Shown here: positions 37,558 to 47,796 of the stretch, in pieces
How the letters are laid out: every line of letters begins with the position of its first letter
How positions within the stretch are numbered: position 1 is the first letter of the stretch
Sequence record: NZ_CP085772.1
DNA: 51,836 nt
Strand: one strand, 5' to 3'
Origin: a plasmid
Translations under genes and position numbers: made by a program
Notes under the pieces: model-generated
Databases searched by the model: none
Told to the model about the DNA's origin: nothing
What the model saw: the letters and a program-made list of their open reading frames with translations, nothing else

Positions 37558-38884
37558 AATCTATGGTCACTCCCGTTTTTGCAACACCGATTTTGACGAC
37601 AAGTTGGCTTGCTTGAATCTATCCGGCGTCTGAATGGGATTTTATTCCCGCGCCTTGATGAGTTCCGCGCCTGATGAACCTCCAGAAAATATACGGCTTC
37701 AATGAGCCTTTCCGTTTTACAGGTTCCTCAACAGGCCGGTGGGCCGTTAGTATCATCAATATCAGTATTCGCAAAACCAGATCAGTAATTCTTTAAACCG
37801 GTGTATTTCTGCCGTTATGCTACATAAGTTTGCTGTCGTGCCGTTAGGGCCCAGGCTATTCTGGCCAGCTTGTTTGCCAGAGCACAGGTGACGACAAAGT
37901 TGCTTTTCCGGCACAGTAAATCCCTGACCCAATCGGCCAATTTGCCAGACTGGTGTTCCAGTTTTTGTATGAATACCCTGGCACATTGAACCAACAAAGT
38001 TCGGATCTTTTTATTACCTCGCTTACTAATTCCCAGCAATGTCGTCCTACCTCCCGTGCTGTACTGCCGAGGTACAAGCCCTGTTGCCGCCGCAAAGTCA
38101 CGGCTGCTGGCGTACTGCTTCCCGTCGCCAATCTCAGTTGAAATAGTACTCGCTGTCAGTGTTCCGACGCAGGGAATGCTCAGCAAGCGCTGTCCAACCT
38201 CATCTTCGTCCAACTTTCGTTTCAACTGGGATTCCAAATCTTTAATCTGCTCAACAAGATAGTGATAATGCTGTTGTAATTTCAGCAATAACTGGCTGAG
38301 GTAAAGAGGCAAACTATTATCCTCAAGAATGGTACTCAGTCGGCTAATAACGGCAGCTCCTCGGGGAACGCTAATGCCAAATTCCAGCAGAAAAGCATGC
38401 ATTTGATTGGTTGTTTTTACCTTATCCTGAACCAGGGATTCACGGACACGATGCAGAGCCCGCATTGCCTGCTGAGATTCCGTTCTGGGCTGCACAAAAC
38501 GCATAGACGGACGCGATGCAGCTTCACAAATAGCTTCGGCGTCGACAAAGTCGTTTTTATTGCTTTTAACGAACGGGCGGACAAATTGTGGTGATATCAG
38601 CTTTGGGGAATGCCCCAACTCTTCCAACTTGCGTGCCATAAAGTGAGAACCGCCACAGGCTTCCATTGCGATGGTTGTAGCGGGGCATGTCGCCAAAAAT
38701 TCGATCAACTTTGGCCGGGTAAATTTTTTACGGTAAACAGCCTTCCCGCGACGATCCTGGCAATGAATATGGAAAGAGTTTTTACCCAGATCGATACCAA
38801 TGAGCGCAATGTTTTCCATGATAGTTCTCCGAATGAAAGCCTGTCCTCAGCATAGTACCGGGAAGGAGGGAGTGACCATCTCAT
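37558..38884 (-). mobile_element. IS5075/IS4321-like element copy 2, inserted in the terminal IR of a Tn3-family transposon
   Basis: Outer IR half ggggtccgcttggaaaacg at 37539-37557. Inner half ...ttatcccacgctaag next to the tnpA stop. Confidence 0.8.
37815..38819 (-). CDS. IS110-family transposase
   Basis: 334 aa, a few substitutions relative to copy 1. Confidence 0.9.
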   Translation of the reverse strand: MENIALIGIDLGKNSFHIHCQDRRGKAVYRKKFTRPKLIEFLATCPATTIAMEACGGSHFMARKLEELGHSPKLISPQFVRPFVKSNKNDFVDAEAICEAASRPSMRFVQPRTESQQAMRALHRVRESLVQDKVKTTNQMHAFLLEFGISVPRGAAVISRLSTILEDNSLPLYLSQLLLKLQQHYHYLVEQIKDLESQLKRKLDEDEVGQRLLSIPCVGTLTASTISTEIGDGKQYASSRDFAAATGLVPRQYSTGGRTTLLGISKRGNKKIRTLLVQCARVFIQKLEHQSGKLADWVRDLLCRKSNFVVTCALANKLARIAWALTARQQTYVA

Positions 38885-38897
38885 TAATTATCCCACG

Positions 38898-40483
38898 CTA
38901 AGACTGTTTTTTGTACAAAGCGGTATCGACTGTACGTAATGAGCGGTATTTTCCGGATCCCAGCTTAAGATTATTACGCCAGACGTAATCTCCACTCAGA
39001 TTGATATGTTCCCAGCCCAGGGGAGAAAGATGAGAGACCAGTTGCTCATTTATCGGGATACCCTTTCGTTTTAGTGACTCAATAGCTCTTTCTATATATA
39101 CCGTGTTCCACAACGTGATCGCTGCTGTCAGTAATGTCAGCCCGCTGGCGCGATAACTCTGATTCTCCAGCCCACGATCCCTTATTTCACCCAGACGGTG
39201 CAAAAAGACCGCTCGCGCAAGGGCATTACGGGCCTCACCCTTATTCAGCCCCGCCTGCACGCGTCGGCGCAGACCGGGATCACGGAACCAGTCCAGCATA
39301 AATAGTGTCCGTTCGATGCGGCCAATCTCTCTCAGCGCTTTGGCAAGTCCATTCTGTTTTGGGTAACTGGCTAACTTTTTCATCATCAGTGATGCGGTGA
39401 CTGTCCCCTGCTTAATCGAGGTTGCCAGGCGCAATACCTCATCCCAGTGCGACTCAATGTCTTTGATATTTAGGCAGGTTGTTGATATGACAGACTGAAG
39501 CCCCGGATAGCGCTCGGCCTTTCCATGAATAAACAGCCGCTTGTCATGAAGATCACGGATCCTTGGCGCAAAAGCGAATCCCAGCAGGTGCATCAGGGCG
39601 AAAACATGTTCAGTGAAGCCTGCGGTATCGGTGTAATGCTCGGTAATTTCCAGATCGCTTTCATGGTACAGCAGGCCATCAAGCACGTGGGTTGAGTCGC
39701 GCACCCGGCTGATCACTTTGGCGTAGAACGGGCTGTATTGGTCTGAGATATGCGTATAAATCTGCACGCCCGGCTCCTGACCATATTTAAGATTGACCTG
39801 ACCGGCATAACGTCCGTGACTGCCTACCCGAAAGTTCTGCCCGTCTGACGACGATGTTGTCCCGTCGCCCCAGAATGCGGCCAGAGGCCGCTCTTTCTGT
39901 GCGTTGACCAGCTCGGCCAGTGCCGCTGAATAAGTTTCATCCCTGATGTACCATGCCTGAATACCTTCGAGTGACGATCTTGTGGCCCCAGGGCAGGATT
40001 CCGCCATTTTTGTCAGCCCAAGGTTGATGCCGTCAGCCAGAATGGTGGTCAGCAACAGTCTTCCGTCTTTTGGTCTGACGTTATTATTTTTGAGGTGCGC
40101 GAAGTGACGCGTAAATCCCGTCCAGCTATCAACTTCTTCCAGTATCTCCGTAATTTTCGGATGGGGAAGCATGCCATAGACCAAATCTGCAAAGGGCGAA
40201 ACACCTGAAGGAACGCTGTTCTCCAGTGGAGTGATTTTTACGCCTTTATCTGAGATATCTACATCGGGCAAATCACCGGCAAGCGCCATCGCGTTAACTT
40301 CTTCCAGCCGAGATGCAAGAAGAGTCATACGGGCCTGAAGGTATGCCTGGCTATCGGTCTGAACGGCCAACTGTAACTGGTCATTATGTCGGGATTTCTC
40401 AAACTCAGCAGTCGGGATGAGATAATCATCAAAATTTTTGTAGCGGCGCGATCCTTTTACCCAGATATCACCGGAACGTAATG
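38898..40483 (-). pseudogene. tnpA: Tn3-family transposase TnpA, C-terminal ~528 codons; 5' part removed by IS26 copy C
   Basis: DDE region of a Tn3-family TnpA. The ORF runs into the IS26 IR. Confidence 0.8.
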
Positions 40484-41303
40484 GGCACTGTTGCAAAGTT
40501 AGCGATGAGGCAGCCTTTTGTCTTATTCAAAGGCCTTACATTTCAAAAACTCTGCTTACCAGGCGCATTTCGCCCAGGGGATCACCATAATAAAATGCTG
40601 AGGCCTGGCCTTTGCGTAGTGCACGCATCACCTCAATACCTTTGATGGTGGCGTAAGCCGTCTTCATGGATTTAAATCCCAGCGTGGCGCCGATTATCCG
40701 TTTCAGTTTGCCATGATCGCATTCAATCACGTTGTTCCGGTACTTAATCTGTCGGTGTTCAACGTCAGACGGGCACCGGCCTTCGCGTTTGAGCAGAGCA
40801 AGCGCGCGACCATAGGCGGGCGCTTTATCCGTGTTGATGAATCGCGGGATCTGCCACTTCTTCACGTTGTTGAGGATTTTACCCAGAAACCGGTATGCAG
40901 CTTTGCTGTTACGACGGGAGGAGAGATAAAAATCGACAGTGCGGCCCCGGCTGTCGACGGCCCGGTACAGATACGCCCAGCGGCCATTGACCTTCACGTA
41001 GGTTTCATCCATGTGCCACGGGCAAAGATCGGAAGGGTTACGCCAGTACCAGCGCAGCCGTTTTTCCATTTCAGGCGCATAACGCTGAACCCAGCGGTAA
41101 ATCGTGGAGTGATCGACATTCACTCCGCGTTCAGCCAGCATCTCCTGCAGCTCACGGTAACTGATGCCGTATTTGCAGTACCAGCGTACGGCCCACAGAA
41201 TGATGTCACGCTGAAAATGCCGGCCTTTGAATGGGTTCATGTGCAGCTCCATCAGCAAAAGGGGATGATAAGTTTATCACCACCGACTATTTGCAACAGT
41301 GCC
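40484..41303 (-). mobile_element. IS26 copy C
   Basis: IRs GGCACTGTTGCAAA. No TSD (flanks acgtaatg and tgcttttc). Confidence 0.95.
40536..41240 (-). CDS. tnpA: IS26 transposase
   Basis: Identical protein. Confidence 0.95.
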   Translation of the reverse strand: MNPFKGRHFQRDIILWAVRWYCKYGISYRELQEMLAERGVNVDHSTIYRWVQRYAPEMEKRLRWYWRNPSDLCPWHMDETYVKVNGRWAYLYRAVDSRGRTVDFYLSSRRNSKAAYRFLGKILNNVKKWQIPRFINTDKAPAYGRALALLKREGRCPSDVEHRQIKYRNNVIECDHGKLKRIIGATLGFKSMKTAYATIKGIEVMRALRKGQASAFYYGDPLGEMRLVSRVFEM

Positions 41304-42143
41304 TGCTTTTCTGCTGGAATTTGGCATTAGCGTTCCCCGAGGAGCTGCCGTTATTAGCCGACTGAGTACCATTCTTGAGGATAATAGTTTGCCTCTTTAC
41401 CTCAGCCAGTTATTGCTGAAATTACAACAGCATTATCACTATCTTGTTGAGCAGATTAAAGATTTGGAATCCCAGTTGAAACGAAAGTTGGACGAAGATG
41501 AGGTTGGACAGCGCTTGCTGAGCATTCCCTGCGTCGGAACACTGACAGCGAGTACTATTTCAACTGAGATTGGCGACGGGAAGCAGTACGCCAGCAGCCG
41601 TGACTTTGCGGCGGCAACAGGGCTTGTACCTCGGCAGTACAGCACGGGAGGTAGGACGACATTGCTGGGAATTAGTAAGCGAGGTAATAAAAAGATCCGA
41701 ACTTTGTTGGTTCAATGTGCCAGGGTATTCATACAAAAACTGGAACACCAGTCTGGCAAATTGGCCGATTGGGTCAGGGATTTACTGTGCCGGAAAAGCA
41801 ACTTTGTCGTCACTTGTGCTCTGGCAAACAAGCTGGCCAGAATAGCCTGGGCCCTAACGGCACGACAGCAAACTTATGTAGCATAACGGCAGAAATACAC
41901 CGGTTTAAAGAATTACTGATCTGGTTTTGCGAATACTGATATTGATGATACTAACGGCCCACCGGCCTGTTGAGGAACCTGTAAAACGGAAAGGCTCATT
42001 GAAGCCGTATATTTTCTGGAGGTTCATCAGGCGCGGAACTCATCAAGGCGCGGGAATAAAATCCCATTCAGACGCCGGATAGATTCAAGCAAGCCAACTT
42101 GTCGTCAAAATCGGTGTTGCAAAAACGGGAGTGACCATAGATT
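41304..42143 (+). mobile_element. IS5075/IS4321-like element, 3' ~840 bp only (5' removed by IS26 C); followed by IR half ccgttttctgaggcgacccc
   Basis: Transposase frame starts mid-protein (FLLEFGISVPRGAAV). Ends ...gggagtgaccatagatt. Confidence 0.8.
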
Positions 42144-42284
42144 CCGTTTTCTGAGGCGACCCCTATCTGGATAGCAACCTGTTTTAGCTCAGGAGGGAGG
42201 TGTTCCAGATTGATATGATTATCACCCGAAATGTCATCATCCGGACTTTCGAAGAGCCAGCCGTAACTCATAAGGTCTCCTGTT

Positions 42285-42488
42285 CTATTTCACAAATTTC
42301 CAGACACCTGACGGTACCCGGTCATACAACTTTCCCATCGTCATCTCCGCCAGCCGGTGATCAACCGCGGCATTGAAATGCTCAAGCTCATCATCTGACA
42401 GAGAATATTTATTTTTTTCTATAATCCTTTCCAGGGTTTCCTTCGATGTACAGCGCCGTAGTCGTAAAATCCATTCCTGTTTCGTCAT
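42285..42488 (-). CDS. hha: Hha/YmoA-family haemolysin-expression-modulating protein
   Basis: [67 protein letters not shown] closely parallels Hha. Confidence 0.7.
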   Translation of the reverse strand: MTKQEWILRLRRCTSKETLERIIEKNKYSLSDDELEHFNAAVDHRLAEMTMGKLYDRVPSGVWKFVK

Positions 42489-42521
42489 TGGTTTTTTATA
42501 TCCTTAGGTGTCCCGGTAGTT

Positions 42522-42893
42522 TCATTTTGGAAGAAGCTTTCCTTTCAGCCAGTTATGAGTGAACCATTTTGCATATATGATGTAACCCACAAAAGTTAAG
42601 AGTGCGGACAGACTATATATCCGGAGAACAGGTACCACGTGATGAAAACGTATCATCTGACCGGATTCATCTGCCAGACTCATTAATACATTGCTGTATG
42701 TTTCAGTCTGAAAAAACTCGTAGTAAGGTACCATCACAACATGAAGAAAAAATAAATTAAGCAGATACGTCAGAGAAAACGCGTGTTCCTGCCCGTTATA
42801 GGGCGCATACTGCGCAAAGGCGAACATCCATCCGGTGAAAAGCAGAAAACACATCGTTAAATACACCACCACCCATATCGCTGTTTTCATCAC
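42522..42893 (-). CDS. Hypothetical integral membrane protein (123 aa)
   Basis: Four hydrophobic segments. Confidence 0.4.
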   Translation of the reverse strand: MMKTAIWVVVYLTMCFLLFTGWMFAFAQYAPYNGQEHAFSLTYLLNLFFLHVVMVPYYEFFQTETYSNVLMSLADESGQMIRFHHVVPVLRIYSLSALLTFVGYIIYAKWFTHNWLKGKLLPK

Positions 42894-42933
42894 TGCCCCT
42901 CAGTTATATAATTTTTCTGTAACGCAAATTTCT

Positions 42934-43428
42934 TCAGGCGTTATGGCCCGTGCCGTTCTGCTTCAGATAATCACTGATGCTCAGGCCGGACAAGCGAATT
43001 TTATCAGAAATCTCCCTGAACTGCTCCTCCCAGCCGTCCTGCAGCTCCCTGATTGCCGCGATCTGGAAAGCAACACTGAAAGGCGTTCTGCCCAGTTTCT
43101 CGGAAAGCCAGAACAGATGCCTGCCAATCTCTTCGTCCGGTACCGAATCGAGCGCATCACTCAGTAAGGTTTTTTCGTCTTCCTGCCAGGGATGACCGGC
43201 TCGCGGAAAACGCGGATCAGGCTGGCGGTCTTTTTTCTCCCTTTTTTCCCGTCTGGCAACGGTCGGCGCATCGCCTTTTTTCAAGCCGACGCGCGCTTTC
43301 ATGGCGCCGATAGCGGCGACGGCCAGTACCAGCGTTTCACGCTCCTGGCGCGTGAGCAGGCTGTCCTCGCAAATCAGGGTGTTCAGGTTATCGATCAGCT
43401 TATTCAGCCCGGGTTCAGTGACTTTCAT
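42934..43428 (-). CDS. Hypothetical protein (164 aa)
   Basis: ORF with coiled/charged middle region. Confidence 0.35.
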   Translation of the reverse strand: MKVTEPGLNKLIDNLNTLICEDSLLTRQERETLVLAVAAIGAMKARVGLKKGDAPTVARREKREKKDRQPDPRFPRAGHPWQEDEKTLLSDALDSVPDEEIGRHLFWLSEKLGRTPFSVAFQIAAIRELQDGWEEQFREISDKIRLSGLSISDYLKQNGTGHNA

Positions 43429-43458
43429 TTTATGCTCATATTCCTTGTGTGGTGGCGA

Positions 43459-44031
43459 TCAGTCCCGGCTCTCATTCACCTGGACGGTGACCGGCAGGCC
43501 TGCATCAAAACAGGCCTGATACCAGCTGGCCACCTGCAGGGGATCGCCCTCTTTTATCCGGCGTATGCCGCCGGCATCCGTCAGCTGCAGGCAGGTGGTA
43601 CCGTCCAGACGGATCACGTAGGCCGCTTCCCTGATCGTGTAATGGCCGTCATCCAGCTGCAGCTCCACCGCGTCACCGGCAGCCGTCTGGCGTAACGGCA
43701 GACGCCGGACGTCTGTCAGTCGTTTTCGTGCCGTTTCAGCCTCGCGTGCTTCCTGGAAGAGCGGTTCTGCAGTGCAGCGACCGGCCTCCGTCAGCTCGAC
43801 GGCCAGCTGCAGGTTCGGGGCGCGCAGGGTGCGCAGCCAGCCCGCGGCTTCCATGCGCCGGCAGGAGGCGCGCAGGTTCGGCCCGTACACCGGGGCGTCC
43901 CCGCCCTGCTCCAGCACCCGCTCAATATCCCGCGTCGCCACCGGGCCCGGCCGTTTCGCATCAAGGGCGGCCAGCACAATCAGCACCCGGCGCTGCAGCG
44001 GCGACGGACGTCGGGATTTTTCCCGCATCAT
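43459..44031 (-). CDS. Putative winged-helix DNA-binding regulator (190 aa)
   Basis: N-terminal RPSPLQRRVLIVLAAL...ATRDIERVL is wHTH-like. Confidence 0.35.
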   Translation of the reverse strand: MMREKSRRPSPLQRRVLIVLAALDAKRPGPVATRDIERVLEQGGDAPVYGPNLRASCRRMEAAGWLRTLRAPNLQLAVELTEAGRCTAEPLFQEAREAETARKRLTDVRRLPLRQTAAGDAVELQLDDGHYTIREAAYVIRLDGTTCLQLTDAGGIRRIKEGDPLQVASWYQACFDAGLPVTVQVNESRD

Positions 44032-44285
44032 TGTCCCTCATTCCTCTGGGAAATGAGCGTTTTAAGCCGTTTATAGTCTGCTTCGACCCGTGTTGTGGCC
44101 AGGCCAGTGTGTCCACGCAGCGCCAGGAGATACCAGAAGCGGAGGATGTCATGAGCCTTGTTCACTTCCCAGACATAATGGGTGCCATCCCTGCGAAAAT
44201 CGCATTGCTTTATTTCCTCTTCTGCCATCTGCGTCATCTGCTCATAGCTGAGCGAAAACAACATATCTTCATACATCCTGCACAC
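44028..44285 (-). CDS. Hypothetical 85-aa protein
   Basis: Translationally coupled to the 43459 gene. Confidence 0.3.
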   Translation of the reverse strand: MCRMYEDMLFSLSYEQMTQMAEEEIKQCDFRRDGTHYVWEVNKAHDILRFWYLLALRGHTGLATTRVEADYKRLKTLISQRNEGQ

Positions 44286-44700
44286 TCCGTCTGAACATGT
44301 CCGGTTTAATCAAAAATCATACTTCGTATAATTTACATCACATTTAGAAAACATCATATCAGATATGATTTTATAATTAATGAAAAATATCACATTCAGT
44401 ATGATTTTATGTACTTGGCTTGATTATCATATCCTTTGCGCGTTTCCCGCCGTGCAGATCCGAAAATTGTCTTAAGCGGATCCGCACGTCTTCTTTTATG
44501 AATGGTAGTCCCCCTATACCGTAATTTTTCTGCCCCTCTGTGCATTACAAGCCGTTGTTTAACATTCTCAATCGTTTATGCTTTGAGGGTCTGTCAGCAC
44601 AGCGACAGATACATCGTCCAGCCGGGCATTCTGTCCGGGGGACAAAACATCAAAACGATGGAGATTAAGCCTATGGCTTATGTTAATCCTTATATGAAAG

Positions 44701-45402
44701 GTGGTGGAAAATATGAGTTCAAAATCAGGGGTAAACCCAAACGACGAAGTTAATCAGACTGTTGAAACTTCTCTAAATGCAGGCATGAATGAACAGGACG
44801 TGGCATCTCTCGATAAAATCGGGAAGTTACAGGACGAACAGCTCCAGCGGTGCGGAATGACTGTGCCATCAGGAACTGAGGTGTTCCGGCTTCAGCTCGG
44901 TAGTCACGGCGGAAGCAGTGTCTTTTTCAATCGTAATGGCGAGGATTGCCGTTACAGTCTTAATGATGGTGAGAATGGCTCTATGTACGTGGCCAAAACT
45001 CCCGACACGGCAATGAAGGAAGTTTTTCAGCATAAAACAGGGCTCAGGGAATCAGATCTCGATAATTACATAATGGGTACAGTAGTCATTGAGAAAGATA
45101 TTCGGGTCCTTCAGGTCAGTAAGCTGATTAAATGCAGTGATTTAAGGTTGAATGATGTAACAACTTCAACACGTGCAGTGACTCATCAACTGGCTGAAAA
45201 AGTTCATTCAGCAGGGTTTGATGGAATGGAGTTTCCGTCAAATGTCACCAGTGACCCATGCCTTGTGCTATGGCATGACGATCCGGCCGGAACCGGGATG
45301 GCCATAACCCGGAGCCAGACAAGTCTCAGTCAGTTTGAGTATCAGGGTAAGGAAGCGGCAGATATTCTTGTTTATGACCTGGGAATTCCTGTTGAGGAAT
45401 AA
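44701..45402 (+). CDS. Hypothetical 233-aa protein
   Basis: ORF. No confident family assignment. Confidence 0.4.
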   Translation: MVENMSSKSGVNPNDEVNQTVETSLNAGMNEQDVASLDKIGKLQDEQLQRCGMTVPSGTEVFRLQLGSHGGSSVFFNRNGEDCRYSLNDGENGSMYVAKTPDTAMKEVFQHKTGLRESDLDNYIMGTVVIEKDIRVLQVSKLIKCSDLRLNDVTTSTRAVTHQLAEKVHSAGFDGMEFPSNVTSDPCLVLWHDDPAGTGMAITRSQTSLSQFEYQGKEAADILVYDLGIPVEE

Positions 45403-45433
45403 TTGATAAAGGGGGGGCAAGCACCCCCTTTCA

Positions 45434-46123
45434 TTAAACGGCGTTCTGTGTGCCATAGTTGCGAGCCAGCCGGCGTAATTCATTCATCACTTTTTCATCC
45501 GGATTGCCTTTCAGAACCTCGGCGACGGTAAACGAACGCCCTGCAGGGTTCAGCCCATCCAGGACAGTATTTCTCTGTTCCATAAAGAAAGAATACTTCA
45601 TTCGGTCACTGAAGCTGCTCAGCATAGTCAGCAGTTCGGCCACACCCCGGAGCACGCCTTTGTCCGAGATCCCTTCCTCATCAGTAAACTGAAACACCGG
45701 GTAGTAAAACTCACCGTCAATATCAAGAGCAAGTAACTGATCGGTATCTTTCCAGGTTTTAACTGTGGGTTTACTCTTGCCCACCATTTCTGCAGCTTTA
45801 GCTGAGGTGTAAACCCCGCCGTCATTTTCCAGTCTCTGAAGGAAAAGGGCCTTACTGTGTAAACGTCGCTGCTGACGTTTTTTTTCAGGCGTCAGGCTGT
45901 TAACTGCGCGATTTTCAAGTAACTTCAGGATGACATCCATGGTAAAAACCGCATCGGTATTCCCCATACTTTCAGGAGCAATCGGTGTTTTACCTGACCG
46001 AACTTCCTCTACCAGATCCTGAAAAAAATTCTCAAGACGCTCTGCAGCAATGCTGTTGTCCAAAAAATTATGCATAGTGGAGGAACGATCATTACCGTTT
46101 CGTTTTTGAGTTGATGTGTTCAT
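45434..46123 (-). CDS. Hypothetical protein with internal HTH (229 aa), convergent with previous gene
   Basis: HTH-like YTSAKAAEMVGKSKPTVKTW. Confidence 0.4.
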   Translation of the reverse strand: MNTSTQKRNGNDRSSTMHNFLDNSIAAERLENFFQDLVEEVRSGKTPIAPESMGNTDAVFTMDVILKLLENRAVNSLTPEKKRQQRRLHSKALFLQRLENDGGVYTSAKAAEMVGKSKPTVKTWKDTDQLLALDIDGEFYYPVFQFTDEEGISDKGVLRGVAELLTMLSSFSDRMKYSFFMEQRNTVLDGLNPAGRSFTVAEVLKGNPDEKVMNELRRLARNYGTQNAV

Positions 46124-46651
46124 AAAACCTCCTTTTCGATTTCATGCTTTATAGACTACGTTAAATCGTTAAGTTGTGCAAGTTTTGTTCTCACCCCACC
46201 TTTTATAGTTTTTAACTATTGATTATTGAATTTTCTTCGGTATTAATTATTTCGTCATTTGAGATCCGAAAAAAGGTTGTTCCGGATCTGCTTTCCGGCC
46301 TCCGGTGCGCAGCGGCCCGGAAACACAAGATGTAGCGGTGTTCCTGGCTGACGATGACGCTAGATGTTGTGTCCCTCCCCTGCCCCGTGACCCGGCGCGC
46401 AGCAGCAGAAAACAGTGCTTCGCTTACTTCCTGACCGTGGTACACTTCCGGAAACTGCGGAATAACATAAAAGTCGGATCTGGCCGGAATGGCCATCCGG
46501 TAATTTAATTACGTGGTTATATGGCTGCTTATTATTTTAGTATGTGAAAATCACTCTCGTGAAAGTCACTGTCGAGACAGAGTGGCACTCATCTGACGAT
46601 GATTGAGGTGTGGTAAAATTGCACGGCTAACTATTCAACTGAGGAAAGGAC

Positions 46652-47002
46652 ATGTTTACTGCATTCAATGAGAGAAATGATTTCAGTTATGCTTTTGAAA
46701 AAATCCGTAATGCGATTTCCGCGCCAGGAGAAAATAATCTTTATGCTGCAACAGAATTAGGTCTTGGCATTCTGCTCCGTAAATACGAGCAGTTTCGCCA
46801 GGAACTGGATGCGGCCGGTGAGCTGGGAAACTGGGAATATGATCTCGATACCTACAATCACTGTATTGCGGTGCTGCAACGTTACTTCACCGGCAATCCA
46901 TCCGGACTGACAGAACGTGATGCCCGGATTTACAGCCATTACCTGCAGACTGAGCACAAAAGGTTTGTGAAACTGGCTGAAGAGCTGGCTGCCGGCCGCT
47001 GA
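46652..47002 (+). CDS. Hypothetical 116-aa protein
   Basis: RBS GAGGAAAGG. ORF. Confidence 0.4.
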   Translation: MFTAFNERNDFSYAFEKIRNAISAPGENNLYAATELGLGILLRKYEQFRQELDAAGELGNWEYDLDTYNHCIAVLQRYFTGNPSGLTERDARIYSHYLQTEHKRFVKLAEELAAGR

Positions 47003-47052
47003 CTACGGACAGAGGGCGGGATTTCTCAGGAATATAAAGGGGTAAATGATCA

Positions 47053-47796
47053 ATGACTGATATACAGGCCGCAACTGAGAGTATAGTTGCTGCGACATCC
47101 CATCCGGTTTCCGTACAGCTGATTAATCAAGGGGCGGGGATCTGGGGAAACGTGGCAACCGGGCTTATCACTGGCCTGCTTACTGGGGGTATAACACTCA
47201 CTGGCATCTGGCTGACACATTATTTCACGCTTAAGCGTGAGAGACAGGCGTCAGAAGATAAAATGAAAAAGGAACTGCATTACATTGCCACCGAGTTGGT
47301 ATTCATGCTTGAACGGTATGCTGAGGGTTGTTTCCGGGTTGTGACGGATGACGGCCAGGATGATGATGCCCCCCAGCCTGAGAGAAAAGCTGTCACGAAT
47401 TACCCTGAACTGAATCTGATCGATGTCTCCGGTGACTGGCGGACTTTAGAGCCACGTCTTATGTATCGCATCCGTGAACTGCCGGTGCTCCAGGATGAGG
47501 CCCACAGGGCAATTGCATATGCCGCCGAATACTCCGACCCTCCTTGGCATAAGGACTATTTCAGGGAACGGCAGTATCAGTTCACGCGCTTGGGCATCAA
47601 CGCTGTCATTCTTGCCGTCCGTCTGCGCAAGGCAACCGGGATGCCCGAAACACGTCTTACAGGTCATGATGAATGGTCTGCAGTTTCCGTGTTTCGTAAA
47701 GTCTGGAGACGCGAAAGAGCCCTGCGCGCTGCTGAAGCTACCCGCAACAGGGAGTGGAATCAAGTAGTGATACCTGATGGAATGTCAAACCAATGA
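47053..47796 (+). CDS. Hypothetical membrane-anchored protein (247 aa)
   Basis: One TM helix (residues ~35-60). Overlaps the next gene by 4 nt. Confidence 0.4.
   Translation: MTDIQAATESIVAATSHPVSVQLINQGAGIWGNVATGLITGLLTGGITLTGIWLTHYFTLKRERQASEDKMKKELHYIATELVFMLERYAEGCFRVVTDDGQDDDAPQPERKAVTNYPELNLIDVSGDWRTLEPRLMYRIRELPVLQDEAHRAIAYAAEYSDPPWHKDYFRERQYQFTRLGINAVILAVRLRKATGMPETRLTGHDEWSAVSVFRKVWRRERALRAAEATRNREWNQVVIPDGMSNQ

Noticed and set aside
43728-44294. 188-aa proline/alanine-rich ORF and other ORFs overlapping 43459..44031 on the opposite strand.
   Set aside because: Low-complexity translation of the GC-rich antisense strand of a better-supported gene.
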